From Candidatus Methanoperedens sp. (lineage in GTDB: Archaea > Halobacteriota > Methanosarcinia > Methanosarcinales > Methanoperedenaceae), in contig JAPZAR010000008.1 of the NCBI GenBank assembly GCA_027460535.1, forward strand, positions 1-32,000: a stretch of 32,000 bases of DNA, given 5' to 3'. Positions 27,736 to 32,000 of the stretch are shown piece after piece. A program made the translations under genes and the position numbers. Position 1 is the first letter of the stretch. Each line of letters starts with the position of its first letter. The notes under the pieces were generated by a model, which saw only the letters and a program-made list of their open reading frames with translations, was not told the origin of the DNA and did not search any database.

Positions 27736-29478
27736 ATGTCGAAAATATCAATTGTAGTTCCGGCCCATAATGAAGAGGAAAATCTTGCCAATCTACTTGG
27801 TGAACTACTACCTGTTCTCGAAGGGCATGAAGAAACACGGGACTATGAACTGATAATAGTAAACGACAATAGCACCGATAGAACACCCCAAATAATAGAA
27901 ACGCTTGCAGACCTGAATCCAAGAATCAAACCAGTGCACATGCTTTCCAACCCCGGGTTTGGCAATGCAATAAAAGAAGGGTTCAGGAATGCCAAGGGAG
28001 ATATCATAATACCTGTGATGGGCGACCTATCCGATGACCCCGAGGATATAATAAAGCTGGTCCAGAAGATCGAGGAAGGCTACGATATCGCCTATGGCTC
28101 GAGGTTCATTGAGGGAGGTAGAACCGATGGATATCCATATGCTAAAATGATCGCCAATCGCACTTTCAACAACAGTGTCCGGCTGCTTTTTGGGATAAAG
28201 CATAAAGATATCACCAATGCTTTCAAGGCATACAGAAAAGAGGTACTTGATAGGATCGGAATAGATAATCTGGAAGCAAACGGCTTTGATCTCACTGTAG
28301 AGATACCTCTTAAAGCGCATATCATGGGATTCACAAGTGCCGAGGTTCCAGTCACCTGGCATGGGAGGAAGCGGGGGGTGGCAAAGCTCAAACTTTCGGA
28401 GAATGCCACAAAATACGGGAAACGCCTCGTGAAATTGTTCATCATAGGGAATATTATAAGCCTGAGGGACCTTCTGGGTTCGGCGGTTTCAGGTTCAAAA
28501 ATAAAACTTCTGGCTGCACTGGTATTCGGAGTTTTGGTACTGATCGGGATATTTTCGTATTCCGGATACACTCAGGTCTATGACACCATAAAAAATGCAT
28601 CTTTATATTATGTTTCTCTTGGATTCTTTGCTGTATCAATGGCATTTTTCATGCGGACATGGAGGTGGAGTGTGCTTCTCAGGACATCAGGATATGTCGT
28701 GCCCAGGGATATTCTCTTCAAAAGCTTGATGTTCGGCTTTTTTATAAACTATTTAATTCCTGCAAGAGCCGGCGATATCGCAAGGTGTGCAGCCCTTAAA
28801 CCAACTGAAAAAATTCCTATGGGGGCAAGTCTTGCCACGATAGTTATTGAAAGGGCGATGGATATGCTCACACTCTCACTTCTTCTGAGCGCTGGCGCAA
28901 TGTTAGTATCAAAGAGCGACACAATGTTTTTTGTAGCCACAATTGCACTGGCAGTATCTATTCTGCTTGTACTAATGCTAATTATTGTTTACAGGTATGA
29001 CTCATTCATATCAAGGAAACTTGGAAAGAGATTTCCGGCTATTTCAGGTTTCATGAATACCATGAAGGAGGGGCTTTACAAAATTTATTCCAATCCCAGT
29101 GCACTGGTTTTATCGATAGCAATTTCAATACCTGTTTGGCTATTTGAAATATCCGGAGTATATATAGCATCCCTAGCTATTGGATATGAAATTCCTTTTT
29201 CACTGGCTATGATTGCAGGGATAACCTCATTTCTTGGCCAGACCATCCCAATAACCCCCGGAGGAATTGGGGTCTATGAGGGCACTATGGCAGGGGTTTT
29301 AGTGCTTTTCGGAATACCTCTGTCCACCGGGATTTCCCTGGCGTTAGTTGATCATTTCATCCGTGCTTCAGTGACGCTTATTTTCGGAATGATATCAACG
29401 ATACATCTTGGTTTTGCATCCAGGGAGTATTTTGCAGACATGAGACAGATTTCGCATGAATCTGATGATGCAACATGA
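27736..29478 (+). CDS. GT2 polyprenol/dolichol-phosphate hexosyltransferase (DPM1/AglD-like) fused to a multi-span flippase-like (LPG_synthase_TM / UPF0104) domain
   Basis: 580 aa. N-terminal SIVVPAHNEEENL...IIVNDNSTD...MGDLSDDPED...YGSRF. The C-terminal ~330 aa is hydrophobic, with FMRTWRWSVLL, LIPARAGDIARC and PITPGGIGVYEG. Confidence 0.8.
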   Translation: MSKISIVVPAHNEEENLANLLGELLPVLEGHEETRDYELIIVNDNSTDRTPQIIETLADLNPRIKPVHMLSNPGFGNAIKEGFRNAKGDIIIPVMGDLSDDPEDIIKLVQKIEEGYDIAYGSRFIEGGRTDGYPYAKMIANRTFNNSVRLLFGIKHKDITNAFKAYRKEVLDRIGIDNLEANGFDLTVEIPLKAHIMGFTSAEVPVTWHGRKRGVAKLKLSENATKYGKRLVKLFIIGNIISLRDLLGSAVSGSKIKLLAALVFGVLVLIGIFSYSGYTQVYDTIKNASLYYVSLGFFAVSMAFFMRTWRWSVLLRTSGYVVPRDILFKSLMFGFFINYLIPARAGDIARCAALKPTEKIPMGASLATIVIERAMDMLTLSLLLSAGAMLVSKSDTMFFVATIALAVSILLVLMLIIVYRYDSFISRKLGKRFPAISGFMNTMKEGLYKIYSNPSALVLSIAISIPVWLFEISGVYIASLAIGYEIPFSLAMIAGITSFLGQTIPITPGGIGVYEGTMAGVLVLFGIPLSTGISLALVDHFIRASVTLIFGMISTIHLGFASREYFADMRQISHESDDAT

Positions 29479-30914
29479 AAAAAAGATGGTTAATCGCATT
29501 AATAGCCACATATATTGTGGTGCGCACCTGCATCGCCACTTTTTCATCATACGGATATTATCACGGCTGGAATGAAGGCTATTATTCCCTCATAGCGAAG
29601 AATTATTTTTCAGGCTCGTTATGGGAGCAGATAGCCTATCCCGGAGGAGAACCTTTCTCCTCTGCCCCTCCATTGTTTTCCTATGCCGTATATACATCCT
29701 TCAAGATATTTGGCATCTCTGATATCAGTGCACGTCTCGTATCCATACTCTCGGAACTTATCGCGGTTTTGGGCGTGTATATACTTGCCAGGGAATTACA
29801 TAACGAAAGAACGGCAAGTATCGCAGCAATCATATTTATTTTCATTCCCTGGAATATACTCTGGTTCGGAAGAGTGGAGACTGACCCTTTGATGACTGCG
29901 CTTATGACGCTTGCCATTGCGTTGTATGTACGTGCTTATAAAAAAGATGAAAGCATGTTGCCTTTCGGGATCATGCTTGGTCTTGCTGTCTTTACCAAAC
30001 AACCCGCGCTTGCCGCATTGCCGATTGTTCTTATATGGAGCTATTTCCAGGGGATTAAGAAAAAACAGGTAATCAATGCGTTCGTATGCTTTCTTGTGGG
30101 AATGGTACCACTTTTGGTTTGGCTTTCTTATTATTTCATAAATGGGAATACTGCTTTCGTTTCACATTTTATATACGGGGAGCTCGTATATAGAAGCGAG
30201 CCATTCTCAGACCTTGGGAGGGTAGTTCTATTTACTGCAGCTGGAATAACGCCAATAATAATAGCTGCAACATACCAGATGTTCAAAGAGAGAGATGTAA
30301 AGAACATACTTGCTATCTGGCTTTTGATATACGGGGCTTTTGTGCTGATAAGAACGCCGCCAAGCCATGAATACTACTCACTGCCGCTGATGGCGCCATT
30401 GGCAATAATGGCGGCTGCCGGTATTGCTGGATTTTCCCATAAGCTGGATAAGAAATTCGCGTTGATACCGCTTGCAGTCGTAATTATTCTGGCAGTACCG
30501 ATCACCTATGCCCTTTTTGTTTATAGTGGGGATCTTGGCTATACCGCCACAAAGGATGCCGGGGAATTTTTGAAGGTTTATATGGACAAACATCCAGATG
30601 GTGATTATCTTGTATTGGTTCAAATGAAGTATAGCCCTCAGATAGCTTGGTATGCTGATTTGAGAGTTGATGGAAAGAGGCAGATATACAGCACAGGGGA
30701 CGACTTGTCTGTCCCGTATCTGACAGGGGTATTGAATAATTTTGATCCTGCAAAGACGGTTCTTCTGGTATCCGACTTTGAAAAGAATACAGGGAAGGCT
30801 TCGATTAATTACGATGTTTTGTATGAGTCAAGATACGAATCTGCTATAGCGAATCTTGATATCCTTTATAATTTAGGGACGTCATATGGATTGAAAATCG
30901 TCAGGGTAAGATAG
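29475..30914 (+). CDS. GT-C fold membrane glycosyltransferase (ArnT/PMT_2/AglS-like, polyprenol-phosphate-sugar dependent)
   Basis: 479 aa, with about 10 or more predicted TM segments. The first-loop acidic motif is HGWNEGYYSLIAKNYF and there is a soluble C-terminal domain. The start overlaps the upstream stop as ATGA. Confidence 0.72.
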   Translation: MKKRWLIALIATYIVVRTCIATFSSYGYYHGWNEGYYSLIAKNYFSGSLWEQIAYPGGEPFSSAPPLFSYAVYTSFKIFGISDISARLVSILSELIAVLGVYILARELHNERTASIAAIIFIFIPWNILWFGRVETDPLMTALMTLAIALYVRAYKKDESMLPFGIMLGLAVFTKQPALAALPIVLIWSYFQGIKKKQVINAFVCFLVGMVPLLVWLSYYFINGNTAFVSHFIYGELVYRSEPFSDLGRVVLFTAAGITPIIIAATYQMFKERDVKNILAIWLLIYGAFVLIRTPPSHEYYSLPLMAPLAIMAAAGIAGFSHKLDKKFALIPLAVVIILAVPITYALFVYSGDLGYTATKDAGEFLKVYMDKHPDGDYLVLVQMKYSPQIAWYADLRVDGKRQIYSTGDDLSVPYLTGVLNNFDPAKTVLLVSDFEKNTGKASINYDVLYESRYESAIANLDILYNLGTSYGLKIVRVR

Positions 30915-31085
30915 TGACAATGGCGGTCATTTCCCAGTTGAGGAGGAAAGAATTCCCAGCTGAACAATTTTTAATTTAATCCGTAACTCTGCATGTATTA
31001 CGTAATATCCAATAAAATAATGTTTCATGAGAGTTTAATAGCTCAACCGAAGTGTTTTGGGATCCCATATACATATTCAAACACT

Positions 31086-31139
31086 GCAAAGGGCGCAAAG
31101 GACGAAAATAACGATTGTCATAACCTTTGCCTTCTTTGC
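31086..31139. repeat. Nested inverted repeat built from four copies of GCAAAG(G)
   Basis: GCAAAG (31086-31091) and GCAAAGG (31095-31101) face CCTTTGC (31124-31130) and CTTTGC (31134-31139). This gives a 6-bp outer stem and a 7-bp inner stem with a 3x3 internal loop and a 22-nt apical loop. Confidence 0.6.
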
Positions 31140-31186
31140 GTTCTCTGCGGTGAGTTATTTGGAAATTACAGCTAATATATATTTAA

Positions 31187-31599
31187 ATAATATACAATTG
31201 GATTGATGAGATATATCCAAAATCAGAAGTGATGTCCACGAAATTATCTGGATATTATTGCTATTATGAACAGTACTTATGGATCGATGGAAGGCGGTTC
31301 TATTGATTGATTCAATACTAGATAAACCGGTAGAAGAGTCGATCGTCAATGATCTTGAATATGATACTGTCAAATCGTTTATTGAAAAAGCAATAAATGG
31401 GAAACCAGTTCATGCTATTACTACGGATCATCGACTGGAATATAAAAGCATAATGGATGAACTTAAAATAAACCATCAACTGTGTATTTTCCATCTCTTA
31501 AAGTCGGTTTTCCTAAGACCCTTGGAATTATATCTCAGCATCTTGATTGACAAACCTTTTTTCATCGCGTCCCTCTCAAAGGTAAGATATATATTATAG
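31187..31599 (+). mobile_element. Degenerate IS: frameshifted and truncated DDE transposase remnant
   Basis: Frame 2 (31187-31306) reads IDEIYPKSEVMSTKLSGYYCYYEQYLWIDGRRFY-stop. Frame 1 (31279-) reads ...AVLLIDSILDKP...GKPVHAITTDHRLEYKSIMDEL..NHQLCIFHLLK. The DEQY-like/G, D and TTD...Y spacing resembles DDE transposases, but the expected first Asp reads Tyr and the C-terminal part is missing. I found no terminal inverted repeats. Confidence 0.5.
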
Positions 31600-32000
31600 T
31601 TTTAGTATGTATGGTTTCGGAAGTGGAACAATAAATTCTCCCCTAAATCCTTTCTCCCTGAGCTTGGGAGCAAGTTCGTCCGCGATATGCCATGAAAGCA
31701 ATAAAGCGTATTCAGGCTGGTCTTCAAAGAGCTTGGACTCTTCCACAACCGGTATCAGCGTGCCAGGGATGTATTTACCAATTTTATGGGAGCCTTTGAT
31801 CTCCACGACGTAATCCATTATGCCATCATCAATACCCACATAGTTTATTAGTGTACTTGCGCGGGAAGGTGCCCCGACACCATAAATATGTTTCCCTTGT
31901 TTCTTTATGCCAAGGAGCAATGAATGAAGTTCAAGCTTGGAAACAACAACTCTTTTTTTGAATTCCAGAAGGTTTTTCTTGTCAAGAACCGTCTTTTTCT
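31594..32000 (-). CDS. C-terminal part of a sugar C-methyltransferase-like protein (Methyltransf_14-type C-terminal domain); continues beyond the window
   Basis: The frame is open to the window edge (KKTVLDKKNLLEFKKRVVVSKLELHS upstream of the track start). IYGVGAPSRASTLINYVGI...VVEIKGSHKIGKYIPGTLIPV...EYALLLSWHIADEL matches the C-terminal domain of NDP-hexose C-methyltransferases. Confidence 0.6.
   Translation of the reverse strand, partial: KKTVLDKKNLLEFKKRVVVSKLELHSLLLGIKKQGKHIYGVGAPSRASTLINYVGIDDGIMDYVVEIKGSHKIGKYIPGTLIPVVEESKLFEDQPEYALLLSWHIADELAPKLREKGFRGEFIVPLPKPYILKL

Noticed and set aside
30993-31175. 60-aa ORF downstream of the GT-C gene
   Set aside because: It has no motif and covers the GCAAAG inverted-repeat region. 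It is more probably non-coding or IS-derived debris.

Overview
Archaeal chromosomal segment. The gene content (SepCysS, archaeal-type DtdA, Cdc48, FtsZ, QueE, bacterial-type gyrase) points to a methanogen or ANME-like euryarchaeon, and G+C is roughly 40-45% by eye. It has four parts. (1) 1-1510 is AT-rich and gene-poor. It ends in a 3' tRNA fragment fused to a decayed P-loop ATPase gene, which looks like the end of an integrated element. (2) 1.5-14.7 kb is housekeeping: dUTPase, small wHTH proteins, a CxxC thioredoxin-fold protein, SepCysS, a DUF169 protein, Cdc48, a PRC-barrel protein, DtdA, FtsZ, QueE, two lipobox proteins, DUF3303 and a methyltransferase. A structured ~100-nt insert sits between SepCysS and DUF169 and is flanked by a duplicated copy of the DUF169 gene start. 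(3) 14.7-20.5 kb is the gyrB/gyrA unit, split by a 1.35-kb AT-rich three-gene cassette (orphan 206-aa protein, MNT nucleotidyltransferase, HEPN) joined to the gyrase genes with 2-11 nt junctions. This is the most unusual arrangement in the window. (4) 20.8-30.9 kb is a co-directional glycosylation cluster: Ugd, ManC, an NDP-sugar pyrophosphorylase, UDP-xylose synthase, two paratose-epimerase-like SDRs, a GT2 fused to a flippase-like membrane domain, and a GT-C enzyme. It ends at an IS remnant, followed by a partial sugar C-methyltransferase-like gene. I found no rRNA, intact tRNA or CRISPR array. All functional calls rest on motif-level recognition of the translated ORFs; no database search was possible.
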